NCBI GenBank assembly: GCA_965208575.1
Contig: CBDBOV010000002.1
Coordinates: 64,001 to 128,000 of the forward strand
Length of the DNA stretch: 64,000 nucleotides
Source of the DNA: Spirochaetia bacterium
GTDB lineage: Bacteria; Spirochaetota; Spirochaetia; SZUA-6; Bin103
Direction of reading: 5' to 3'
The notes beneath the pieces are model-generated. The model did no database searches. It was not told the origin of the DNA and saw nothing but the letters and a program-made list of their open reading frames with translations. This document shows positions 39,597 through 51,211 of the stretch, piece by piece (positions within the stretch are counted from its first letter, which is position 1; each line of letters starts with the position of its first letter). The translations under genes were made by a program, and so were the position numbers.

Positions 39597-41639
39597 GTGA
39601 CCGGTGCTCCGGGGGCGCCGGGGGGGCCGGCGGATCCGCGAGGGCCCGCCCCAACCGGGGCCGACAACGATCCGCCGGTACCGGAGGCGCACGCGGCGCC
39701 CGGCGACCAGCAGCGCCCGCCCGCCGCGCATGCGGCGGGCGGCGAGCCGTCCGCACCGCGTTCCGCGCTGGCGCGCCTCGAAAACGGCACCGTCACCGCG
39801 GCGCTGGTGCTGCTGGCGGCGCTGCCCACCGCCGCCGCCGTGCTGCGCCTGTTGTTCGGTGGCGGGCTCGCCGCCAGCGGCGAGTACGTCCGCCACCTCA
39901 CGCTGTGGGTGGCGCTGATCGGAGGCGTCGTCACCACCCGCCGGGGCTCCCATCTCGCGCTGTCCAGCGGCCTCCACCAACTGCCGGATCCCTGGGGCGA
40001 ACGGGTCCGCGCAGCCGCCGGCGCGATTTCGGTGGTGGTCACCACCGCCCTCGCGGTCAGCGCGCTGTCGCTGGTGCTGATCGCCTTCGACCCCAGCCAG
40101 GACGTCGGCGGGGTTCCGATCAGGCTCGCCGTGGCCGTATTGCCGCTGGGGTTCGCCGGCATGGCCGCGCACTTCGTGGCGCACGGGGTTCGGCAACCGG
40201 CGGCGCGTGCCGCGGTGCTGCTGGCCGTTCCCGCCGGCCTCCTGATCGGCATCGGCCCGCTGGTCAACGCGCTGCAGGTGGTCGCACCCGGCTACTTTCC
40301 CAGCTACGCCCTGGTCGATGCGGTGGCCGCGGCGGCGGCCGCGGCGCGCCTGCCGCTGGTGCTGGTCCTGGTAGGCTCGGCGTTCATCGGTACGCCCATA
40401 TTCGTGATCCTGAGCGGGTTCACGCTGCTGCAGTTCCTGGGGTCGGGCGGCGCCCTGGAGGTGGTGCCGGACGAGGCGTACGCCATGCTCTCGCAACCGC
40501 TGGTGCCGGCGCTGCCGCTGTTCACGGTCGCCGGCTTCATCCTCTCGGAGAGCAGGGCGGGAGAACGGCTCATCACGCTGTTCCAGGCCTGGTTCAACTG
40601 GTTCCGCGGCGGCCTGGCGGTGATGGCGGTGCTGCTGTGCGCCTTCTTCACCACCTTCACCGGCGCTTCCGGGGTCACCATTCTCGCCCTCGGCGGACTG
40701 CTGCTGTACATGCTGCAGCGCAACGGCTACCGCGAACGGTTCAGCATCGGGCTGCTGACGGCCGCCGGCAGCATCGGACTGCTGTTCCCGCCCGCGCTGC
40801 CGATCATCATGTACGGCGTCATCGCCCAGATCGACATCCGCCAGCTGTTTGTCGGCGGCTTCCTGCCGGGCGTGCTGATGGTGCTCGCCCTGGCCGCGCT
40901 CGGCATCTTCCAGGCGCTCCGGCGGCGTACCGAGACCGCCCCCGGCACCGGCGGCGAGCGGCCCCGCTTCCATCTGCGCACCGCCCTGCAAGCGGCACGC
41001 GGGGCGGCCTGGGAGCTGGCGCTGCCGGTGGTGGTGGTGGCGCTCTACTTCGGCGGCATCACCTCGCTGGTGGAAACGGCGGCCGCCGCCACCATCTACG
41101 TGCTGCTGGTGGAAACGGTGGTGCACCGCGACATACCGCTGCGCACACTGCCGCGCGTGCTCGCCAAGTGTACGCCGATCATCGGCGGCGTGATGATCAT
41201 TCTCGCCCTCGCCAAGGGCCTGTCCTACTTCATGGTGGACGCCGAGGTGCCCACCAGCCTGGCCGCGTGGGTAAACGGCGCCATAAGTTCCCGCCTGCTG
41301 TTCCTGATCCTGCTCAACCTCACCCTGCTGGTCGCCGGCGCGCTGATGGACATCTTCTCCGCAATCGTCGTGCTCGCTCCGCTGCTGATCCCGCTCGGTG
41401 TCTCCTACGGCATCCACCCGGTGCATCTCGGCATCATCTTCCTGGCCAACCTGGAACTGGGATACCTGACGCCGCCGGTGGGCATCAACCTGTTCCTGGC
41501 CTCCTACCGCTTCGACAAGGACCTGGTGAGCGTGTATCGCACGGTGGTGCCGTTCCTGCTGGTCCTGCTGGTGGTCGTACTGGTCATCACCTATGCACCG
41601 TTCCTGACCACCGGCCTGCTCTCGGTCGTCCAGTTTTGA
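39597..41639 (+). CDS. Fused TRAP permease DctQM
   Basis: N-terminal DctQ-like TMs (H.AL), then ALPLFTVAG, TGASGVTI, GSIGLLFPP, GYLTPPVG.NLF. Confidence 0.92.
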   Translation: MTGAPGAPGGPADPRGPAPTGADNDPPVPEAHAAPGDQQRPPAAHAAGGEPSAPRSALARLENGTVTAALVLLAALPTAAAVLRLLFGGGLAASGEYVRHLTLWVALIGGVVTTRRGSHLALSSGLHQLPDPWGERVRAAAGAISVVVTTALAVSALSLVLIAFDPSQDVGGVPIRLAVAVLPLGFAGMAAHFVAHGVRQPAARAAVLLAVPAGLLIGIGPLVNALQVVAPGYFPSYALVDAVAAAAAAARLPLVLVLVGSAFIGTPIFVILSGFTLLQFLGSGGALEVVPDEAYAMLSQPLVPALPLFTVAGFILSESRAGERLITLFQAWFNWFRGGLAVMAVLLCAFFTTFTGASGVTILALGGLLLYMLQRNGYRERFSIGLLTAAGSIGLLFPPALPIIMYGVIAQIDIRQLFVGGFLPGVLMVLALAALGIFQALRRRTETAPGTGGERPRFHLRTALQAARGAAWELALPVVVVALYFGGITSLVETAAAATIYVLLVETVVHRDIPLRTLPRVLAKCTPIIGGVMIILALAKGLSYFMVDAEVPTSLAAWVNGAISSRLLFLILLNLTLLVAGALMDIFSAIVVLAPLLIPLGVSYGIHPVHLGIIFLANLELGYLTPPVGINLFLASYRFDKDLVSVYRTVVPFLLVLLVVVLVITYAPFLTTGLLSVVQF

Positions 41640-41735
41640 CCGCGCGCCGGCGGCGGTGGCGGACCGACGGCGATCGCAGTACCTTGCAGTGAGGATGCCG
41701 GCACGTACCGACGAGGAGCGCAGGCACCCCGCGAT

Positions 41736-42275
41736 TTGGACAACGATGACAACCCGATGCACAGGCATGCCGTGCCGGCCGGCACGCTCGGATCAGGACT
41801 CGCGGCAGTGAGACAGGCTACCGTTTCCGACCGGCGCACTGCCCACCGCGAGCGATACCCCCCGACCGTGACCGCCCACCGCGCCTACTGGCGGCGCTGG
41901 CGGCTGGCGACCTGGCTGCTGTCGGTGAGCGTGCTGGCCTCGCTGGCAATCGGCGCCGGCATCGGCTGGGAGGGCAAGAGCACCGCGATCCGGATCCAGG
42001 ACATCGTCATCGCCATCGTGTCCGCGGTCGTCACGTTCGTGCTGATGCGCTGGTGCGCGGTCGGCATGCGCTCGTTCAGCGACCGCTACCTGATGACCGC
42101 GCAGAAGGCCACCGACCTGGTCGACGAGGCCCTGGCCAAGGGACTGTTGTCGAACGAATACGTGCGCTCCCCGGAGCGCGACCGCCGGGTGGCCAAGACC
42201 ATCAGCTACGACCGCAAGCTTGGTTTCAGCGAAGCCGAGATCGAGAAGGACCTGGAAGCATTCCTGCCCGACTGA
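41736..42275 (+). CDS. Hypothetical two-TM membrane protein (true start probably downstream)
   Basis: Two hydrophobic segments and a charged C-terminus; genome-like codon usage from ~41870. Confidence 0.65.
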   Translation: MDNDDNPMHRHAVPAGTLGSGLAAVRQATVSDRRTAHRERYPPTVTAHRAYWRRWRLATWLLSVSVLASLAIGAGIGWEGKSTAIRIQDIVIAIVSAVVTFVLMRWCAVGMRSFSDRYLMTAQKATDLVDEALAKGLLSNEYVRSPERDRRVAKTISYDRKLGFSEAEIEKDLEAFLPD

Positions 42276-42281
42276 TCCCGC

Positions 42282-42308
42282 CGCACCGCCCGCACCGCCC
42301 GCACCGCC
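42282..42308. repeat. Three tandem 9-mers CGCACCGCC
   Basis: Read directly in the intergenic DNA. Confidence 0.7.
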
Positions 42309-42317
42309 GCCGCGTGC

Positions 42318-42346
42318 TTGATTCGGCGCCGCTGCGGGGGTAGGCT
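42318..42346 (+). promoter_or_regulatory. Possible sigma70 promoter
   Basis: TTGATT-17 bp-TAGGCT, 15 bp before ATG42362. Confidence 0.5.
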
Positions 42347-42361
42347 GTTGGTTCAGCGGAG

Positions 42362-43207
42362 ATGAACGACGTGGGCGACACCCGTGGACAGGTTCCCTAC
42401 CTGCTGCAACTGCTCGATGATGACGCCGCGGGGGTACGCCGGCGGGTGATGCACGCCCTCGAGAAGCTGGGCCCCGACCTCGAACTGCTGGCCGAACCGC
42501 ATCTGCAGCGCCTGAACGCCGGGCAGCACGAGGCCCTGCGGCGCGTTCTGGCCCGGCAGCGCAAGGCCTGGCTGCGCGAGCGATGGCCGAGCTGGGCGGC
42601 GGTCGAGGGCCGGCGCCCGCGCATCGAGGCCGCGCTCAGCCTGCTTGCCCGCTTCCAGCTCGGCGTGGAGTTTCCGCTCTCCGTCGGCGACATGCTCGAC
42701 GATCTTGCCGACGACTTTCGCGGCTCCGGCCATCCCCCGGACGCGTTCGGCCTGAGCGGGTTTCTGTTCAAGGAGGTGGGGCTGAGCGGCAATCGCGACG
42801 ACTTCTACAACCCGCTCAACAGCAACCTGGTCTCGGTCATCCTCTCCAAGCGCGGCATCCCGATCAGCCTGGTGGCGGTCTACATGCTGGTCGGCCGCCG
42901 TCTCGGCCTGGATATCCAGGGGTGCAACGTGCCGAACCACTTCCTGGCGCGCGTCATCCACGACAAGCGCATCGTGCTCGTGGACTGCTTCGACCGCGGC
43001 CGCGTGGTGGAGGCGGAGAAGCTGCTCGCGCGCACGCCCGCCAACCTGCGCCAATTGCAGATGCTGCGCAACGGCGCCGACCCGGTGCGTATCGTGCAGC
43101 GCATCCTGCACAACCTCAATCACGCCTACCGCCGGGCCGGGGACCACGACCTGAGCGCGTTCATGATCGAGCTGCTCGGCATCACCGCCCGGCGCAAGGC
43201 GAACTAG
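42362..43207 (+). CDS. SirB1/Transglut_core2 family protein
   Basis: YLLQLLDD, GN.DDFYNPLNS, RGIPISL, PNHFL, RILHNL. Confidence 0.88.
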   Translation: MNDVGDTRGQVPYLLQLLDDDAAGVRRRVMHALEKLGPDLELLAEPHLQRLNAGQHEALRRVLARQRKAWLRERWPSWAAVEGRRPRIEAALSLLARFQLGVEFPLSVGDMLDDLADDFRGSGHPPDAFGLSGFLFKEVGLSGNRDDFYNPLNSNLVSVILSKRGIPISLVAVYMLVGRRLGLDIQGCNVPNHFLARVIHDKRIVLVDCFDRGRVVEAEKLLARTPANLRQLQMLRNGADPVRIVQRILHNLNHAYRRAGDHDLSAFMIELLGITARRKAN

Positions 43208-43315
43208 GAGCTGCCGGATTGCGACAGCCTCCTGGTGCAACGGACGGGATGGGCCAAAGGCACCGCCGGCAGGCGGTGGTTTTGGGGCGTTAGCCGGGGC
43301 GCCGCCGCCCGCGCC

Positions 43316-45559
43316 GTGCCGCGACCCGACTCCGGCAACAACCCGCGCGCGACTCTGGAGGGGAGCGTCAACCGGGTGGTGTACGAACAGGAAGAGAGCG
43401 GCTTCGCGGTACTGGTTCTGCAGCAGCCGGAGGACGGCGGCGAGGCGGTCGCGGTCGGCAACCTGCTCGGCATCAAGCCCGGCGAGGCGGTCCGCCTGGC
43501 CGGCGGCTGGGTGGATCATCCCCGCTATGGGCGCCGATTCGAAGCGCAGTCCTACGCCACCGTCGCACCGCGCACGGTAGCCGGCCTGGAGCAGTACCTC
43601 GGTTCCGGGATGGTGCCCGGCATCGGGCCGGGCTTCGCGCGCCGCATCGTCGGCCACTTCGGGTTGGAAACCCTGCGGGTGCTCGATCAGGCGAGCGCAC
43701 GGCTGCGCGAGGTGCCCGGTATCGGCGCCGCCCGAGCCGGGCAGGTGGCGCGCGCCTGGCAAGAGCAGCGCGCGCAGCGCGGCACCATGCTGTTCCTGCA
43801 GTCGTACGGCATTTCCGCCGCGCACGCGCGGCGCATCTGGCGGCAATTCGGCGCCCGCGCCAGGGCCGTGCTGCAGGACGACCCCTACCGGCTGGCGAGC
43901 CACGTGCCCGGCATGGGTTTCCACACCGCCGACCGCATCGCCGCACAGCTCGGCATCGCACCCGACTCGGCGCAGCGCATCCAGGCGGCGGCGCTGCACC
44001 AGCTCGCCGCGGCCGCCGCGGAGGGCGACGTATTCCTGCCGGAGCCCGCGCTGCGCCAGCGCACAGCCGACCTCACCGCGCTGTCCGACCAGCGCAAGGT
44101 GCAGACCGCGCTCGCCTCCCTGTGCCGGGAGGGACGCATGGTGTGCGCCGATCGCGCCGACGCCGGGCAGCCGGGCACCGTCGCCGCGCGCTATCTCCCC
44201 CACCTGGCGGCCGCCGAGACGCGCGCCGCCGCGCGCCTCGCCGCGCTGCTGGCCGCGCCCGCCCGCGGCCCGGAGGCGGCCGTCGCCGCGCTCGCCGGCG
44301 ACACCGGAATCGAACTGTCGGCCGCGCAGCAGGCGGCCGCCGCGCGCCTGCTGCGCAGCAAGGTGGGCGTGCTCACCGGCGGCCCCGGCACCGGCAAGAC
44401 CACGCTGGTACGCTGGATAGCGGCCAGCTTCCGCCGCATCGGGGCACGCGTGGCGCTGGCCGCCCCTACCGGGCGCGCCGCCAAGCGGCTGGAGGAGTCG
44501 ACCGGCATGGCGGCCGCCACCATCCACCGCCTGCTGGAGTTCAGCCCGCGCGACGGCACCTTTACCCGTACCCGCGAACACCCGCTGGCCATCGACCTGG
44601 TCGTGGTGGACGAGGCGTCGATGGTCGACATCGTGCTGCTGGCCGCGCTGCTCGACGCGGTGCCCGACCGCAGCCGGGTGCTGTTCGTGGGCGACGCCGA
44701 TCAGCTCCCGTCGGTCGGCGCCGGCGCGGTGCTGGCCGACCTGGCGCAGGTGGCGGCGATCCCGACCGTGCGGCTCGCCGAAGTGTTCCGCCAGTCGGCG
44801 GCCAGCCAGATCGTGCGCGCGGCGCACGCCATCAACCGCGGCGAGTTCGATCCCGGCACTCCGTCCGACGCCGGCGGCGACTTCTACTTCATCGCGCGGC
44901 GCGAGCCGGAGCAGGTGGCCGACACGCTCGAACACGTGGTCACCAGCCGCATTCCGCGCCGCTTCGACCTCGACCCGCGCTCCGACATCCAGGTGCTGTC
45001 GCCGATGAACCGCGGCCCGCTCGGCACCGCGCAACTGAACGCGCGCCTGCGCGAACGCCTCAACCCCGCCCCCGATGCCGCGCCCGCCTCGGCGGCCGGC
45101 TCCGCGGCCGGCTCGGGAGCGGGTAGCGGCGCCGGCGCCCGGCTGCGCACCGGCGACCGCGTGCTGCAGACCCGCAACAACTATCAGCTCGAAGTGTTCA
45201 ACGGCGACATCGGCCGGGTGATCGACGTGGACGCCGACGCCGGAGCGGTGCGGGTCGACTTCGCCGGCCGCCACGTCCAGTACGGCGGGGCCGACCGCGA
45301 CGACCTGGTGCTCGCCTATGCGATTTCGATCCACCGCTCACAGGGCAGCGAGTTCCCGGCCGTGGTGATCCCGGTGCACACCCAGCACTTCATCATGCTG
45401 CGCCGCAACCTGCTGTACACCGCGGTGACCCGCGGCAAGCGCCTGGTGGTGCTGGTCGGCAGCGAGATGGCGGTCTCCATCGCGGTGCGCCGCGGCGCGG
45501 ACCGGACCCGCCACACGGCTCTCGCCGAGCGCATCGCAACCGCCGGCGGCGGACGATGA
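43316..45559 (+). CDS. recD2: RecD2-type ATP-dependent helicase
   Basis: HPRYGRRF, HhH GIGP, GGPGTGKTT, APTGRAA, DEASM, GDADQL, AYAISIHRSQGSEF, LYTAVTRG. Confidence 0.95.
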   Translation: MPRPDSGNNPRATLEGSVNRVVYEQEESGFAVLVLQQPEDGGEAVAVGNLLGIKPGEAVRLAGGWVDHPRYGRRFEAQSYATVAPRTVAGLEQYLGSGMVPGIGPGFARRIVGHFGLETLRVLDQASARLREVPGIGAARAGQVARAWQEQRAQRGTMLFLQSYGISAAHARRIWRQFGARARAVLQDDPYRLASHVPGMGFHTADRIAAQLGIAPDSAQRIQAAALHQLAAAAAEGDVFLPEPALRQRTADLTALSDQRKVQTALASLCREGRMVCADRADAGQPGTVAARYLPHLAAAETRAAARLAALLAAPARGPEAAVAALAGDTGIELSAAQQAAAARLLRSKVGVLTGGPGTGKTTLVRWIAASFRRIGARVALAAPTGRAAKRLEESTGMAAATIHRLLEFSPRDGTFTRTREHPLAIDLVVVDEASMVDIVLLAALLDAVPDRSRVLFVGDADQLPSVGAGAVLADLAQVAAIPTVRLAEVFRQSAASQIVRAAHAINRGEFDPGTPSDAGGDFYFIARREPEQVADTLEHVVTSRIPRRFDLDPRSDIQVLSPMNRGPLGTAQLNARLRERLNPAPDAAPASAAGSAAGSGAGSGAGARLRTGDRVLQTRNNYQLEVFNGDIGRVIDVDADAGAVRVDFAGRHVQYGGADRDDLVLAYAISIHRSQGSEFPAVVIPVHTQHFIMLRRNLLYTAVTRGKRLVVLVGSEMAVSIAVRRGADRTRHTALAERIATAGGGR

Positions 45560-46551
45560 CAGCGGTGGCGAGTGACATTGCCTCCTGGTCGCCGATCGGC
45601 CTTGGCACCTGGGCGATGGGCGGCACCGGCTGGCGCTACTCCTGGGGGCGCCAGGACGATGCCCGGTCCGAGGCCACCATCGTGCGCGCCGTGGAGCTGG
45701 GCATCGACTGGATCGACACCGCGCCCGTGTACGGAGTCGGCCACGCCGAGGAGGTCGTCGGGCGCACGCTGGCGGCCCACGGCCTGCGGCCGCACGTGCG
45801 GGTGGCGAGCAAGTGCGGCTTTCTGTGGCAGCCCGGCAGCCGGCGGCCCTATCCGCGCCTGACCGAGGCCAGCGTGTTCGACGAAGTCGAGGCCAGCCTG
45901 CGCCGCCTGCGCACCGACCGCATCGACCTGTACCAGATCCACTGGCCCGGCCCCGACTGCGACGTCGACGCCGCGTGGGAATCGATCGGGCGCCTCATCG
46001 AGCAGGGCAAGGTGGTCGCCGGCGGCGTGTGCAACCTGGCCGCCGGCGACCTGCAGCGCCTGCATGGCTCGCGCCCGGTGGCCACGCTGCAGCTTCCCTA
46101 CCACCTGCTCGACCGCGCCGCCGAGACCGACCTGCTGCCGCGCTGCGCGGCGCTCGGGGTGGCGGCGCTCGCCTACAGCCCGCTCGCCTCCGGCATCCTC
46201 ACCGAGACGTTCGACGCCCGCCGCCGGCGCCGCCTGCCCGGCAACGACTGGCGCTCGCGCGCCGCCGCCTTCAACGAACCGCTCCTCGCCCGCCACCTGC
46301 GCGCCGCCGCCGCGCTGCGCGCGCTGGCCGCCGAGCGCGGCGTGCGCGCCGAACAGCTCGCCATCGCCTGGGCGGCCGGCCACCGGGCCGTGCGCGGCGT
46401 GATCGTGGGCGCCCGCACGCCGCGCCAGGCCGCGCAGGCCGCGGCCGCCGCCGGCCTGCGCATCGACGGCGAAGCGCGCCGCCTGCTCGCCGCCGCGCTG
46501 CACCGCGCCGCGCGCGCACCTGGCGGCCACGGTGCTCTCCAGGCGCAGTGA
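45556..46551 (+). CDS. Aldo/keto reductase
   Basis: IGLGTW, IDTAPVYG, SKCG, IDLYQIHWP, YSPLASG. Confidence 0.93.
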   Translation: MTAVASDIASWSPIGLGTWAMGGTGWRYSWGRQDDARSEATIVRAVELGIDWIDTAPVYGVGHAEEVVGRTLAAHGLRPHVRVASKCGFLWQPGSRRPYPRLTEASVFDEVEASLRRLRTDRIDLYQIHWPGPDCDVDAAWESIGRLIEQGKVVAGGVCNLAAGDLQRLHGSRPVATLQLPYHLLDRAAETDLLPRCAALGVAALAYSPLASGILTETFDARRRRRLPGNDWRSRAAAFNEPLLARHLRAAAALRALAAERGVRAEQLAIAWAAGHRAVRGVIVGARTPRQAAQAAAAAGLRIDGEARRLLAAALHRAARAPGGHGALQAQ

Positions 46552-46561
46552 GGGCGGCGGG

Positions 46562-46747
46562 AGAGCGGTGGATCAGCGTCACCGGGGCGCCGGCGCGCTG
46601 CAGGTCGAGGGCGGTCTCCACGGCCGGGTTGCCGCCTCCCACGACCGCCACCCGCCGGCCATAATGGGGGTGCCCGTCATGGAAGTTGTGCGAACGCCTG
46701 GGCAGATCCTCGCCCGGACTGCCGAGCCGCACCGGCGTGTCGAAGCA
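46562..46747 (-). pseudogene. Fragment of a YpdA/thioredoxin-reductase-like flavoprotein
   Basis: FDTPVRLGSPGEDLP..SHNFHDGHPHYGRRVAVVGGGNPAVETALDL.RAGAPVTLIHR matches the NADPH-binding segment; both ends missing. Confidence 0.65.
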
Positions 46748-46849
46748 TGGTCCGACTGAGCATTCTCCAACTGCCCCTGGTCGACGTGTACAACCATGTC
46801 GCGCGGTGACCGCGCCGACTCAACCTGCCGCTCGCCGGCTGCCGCGAGC

Positions 46850-47704
46850 ATGCGGCCCACCGGCGCGGTGGCGCTCGGCGACGCCGCGGTCGCACGGTTC
46901 CGGCGCCGCGTGTGCTGGCACGGACGGCGCCACTACCGCGTTCTGCCGTGGCGCGAGACGAGCGACCCGTACGCCATCCTGGTGTCGGAGGTGATGCTGC
47001 AGCAGACCCAGGTGACGCGCGCGCTCGACCACTACGCGCGCTTCCTGGCGCGCTTCCCGGACCCGGCCGCCCTGGCCGCGGCGCCGCTGTCCGCGGTGCT
47101 GGAACGCTGGCGAGGCCTCGGCTACAACCGCCGGGCGCTGGCGCTGCAGCACGCCGCCGGCGCCGTGGTGCGCGAACACGGCGGCCTGTTGCCGGCCGAC
47201 CGCGACGCGCTGCTGCGCCTGCCGGGGGTGGGCCCGGCCACCGCCGGCGCCGTGCTCGCGTTCGCCTTCGCGCAGCCGGCGGTGTTCATCGAAACCAACA
47301 TCCGGCGCCTGTTCCTGCACCAGTTCTTCCCCGCCGCCGACAACGTACCGGACGCCGCCCTGCTGCCGCTGGTGGCGCGCACCCTCGACCGCCGGCGCCC
47401 GCGGCGCTGGTACTACGCGCTGATGGACTGGGGGGCGGCGCTCGGGCGGCGCCCCGGCAACCCGAACCGGCGCAGCGCCCATTACAGCCGCCAGAAACCG
47501 TTCGCCGGGTCGCGGCGCGAGCTGCGCGGACGCGTGCTGCGCCTGCTCACCGAACGCCGCTGCCTGCCGCTCGCCGAACTGCAGGAACGCTGCGCCGACC
47601 AACGGCTCGCCGCGGTGGTGGCAGACCTGGCCGCCGAGCAGTTCCTGACCCGCTCCGGCAACGTGGTCTGCATCGCCGGCCACCGCGTGCCGCCGCCCAC
47701 CTGA
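46850..47704 (+). CDS. mutY: Short MutY-like A/G-specific adenine glycosylase
   Basis: LPWR, VSEVMLQQTQV, W.GLGY.RR, LPGVGPATA, ETNIRR, ALMDWGA. Confidence 0.85.
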   Translation: MRPTGAVALGDAAVARFRRRVCWHGRRHYRVLPWRETSDPYAILVSEVMLQQTQVTRALDHYARFLARFPDPAALAAAPLSAVLERWRGLGYNRRALALQHAAGAVVREHGGLLPADRDALLRLPGVGPATAGAVLAFAFAQPAVFIETNIRRLFLHQFFPAADNVPDAALLPLVARTLDRRRPRRWYYALMDWGAALGRRPGNPNRRSAHYSRQKPFAGSRRELRGRVLRLLTERRCLPLAELQERCADQRLAAVVADLAAEQFLTRSGNVVCIAGHRVPPPT

Positions 47705-47847
47705 CAATCTATTTCTCTACCATGAGTTACGCCGCATTCACTCAGATCGGTGGCGGGCGCCGGCGGGGTCAGGAAGGTGCGCCGCCGCGGGGCGCGCCGG
47801 CAGCGGGGCGCGATCCTTTTTCTGCGTCATCAATGGAACGAATCGGG

Positions 47848-47904
47848 TTGACTGCCGATAATACAAGTGATACGGTTGATACCCTGTCGCATCAGGTGCT
47901 GATG
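47848..47904 (+). promoter_or_regulatory. Sigma70 promoter with overlapping TGAT repeats and a palindrome (candidate operator)
   Basis: TTGACT(47848)-17 bp-TACGGT(47871); TGATAC at 47868 and 47877; CATCAG-gtg-CTGATG at 47890-47904. Confidence 0.55.
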
Positions 47905-47934
47905 TTCCCGGCAACCGTGGCAGGAAGGAGCAAG

Positions 47935-48201
47935 ATGCGCGCCTACGGGGCCATAAACCTCAGGCAGGTGCCAATACGGCTGCGCGACCAGTTTCATGCA
48001 GTCTGCGCGCTGCGCGGCACCTCAATGACTCGACGGCTCATTCAGCTCATCGAGGCTGACGTGGAGCGCGCCATCGACGAGGGTACCTACCTGCCGGTGC
48101 CCGTGCGCGGCCCGGACGCGGCAACCGCGCAGTCGGGCGCGGACGCCGCCGCCGTGCAGCGGGAGCTCTTTCCGGAGCACGCGACGCCGGAACAGCAGTA
48201 A
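47935..48201 (+). CDS. Small putative ribbon-helix-helix DNA-binding protein
   Basis: RBS AGGAAGGAG; strand INLRQV, helix PIRLRDQFHAVCALRG, helix TSMTRRLIQLIEADV; hidden at the end of track ORF 46912..48201. Confidence 0.65.
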   Translation: MRAYGAINLRQVPIRLRDQFHAVCALRGTSMTRRLIQLIEADVERAIDEGTYLPVPVRGPDAATAQSGADAAAVQRELFPEHATPEQQ

Positions 48202-48229
48202 GGGGACCCTGCAAGTAAGGGACCATGCA
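48197..48229 (+). repeat. Imperfect tandem direct repeat upstream of nrdA
   Basis: AGTAAGGGGACCCTGCA followed by AGTAAGGGACCATGCA. Confidence 0.7.
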
Positions 48230-48259
48230 GCAACGACGAACAATACCACGGAGGGGCAC

Positions 48260-51208
<2,949 letters not shown>

Positions 51209-51211
51209 GCC

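Noticed and set aside
47705-48259. NrdR boxes or cobalamin riboswitch upstream of nrdA
   Set aside because: No convincing match to the NrdR palindrome or B12 box by eye; most of the space is taken by the small ORF. An Rfam/PWM scan would be needed to exclude them fully.
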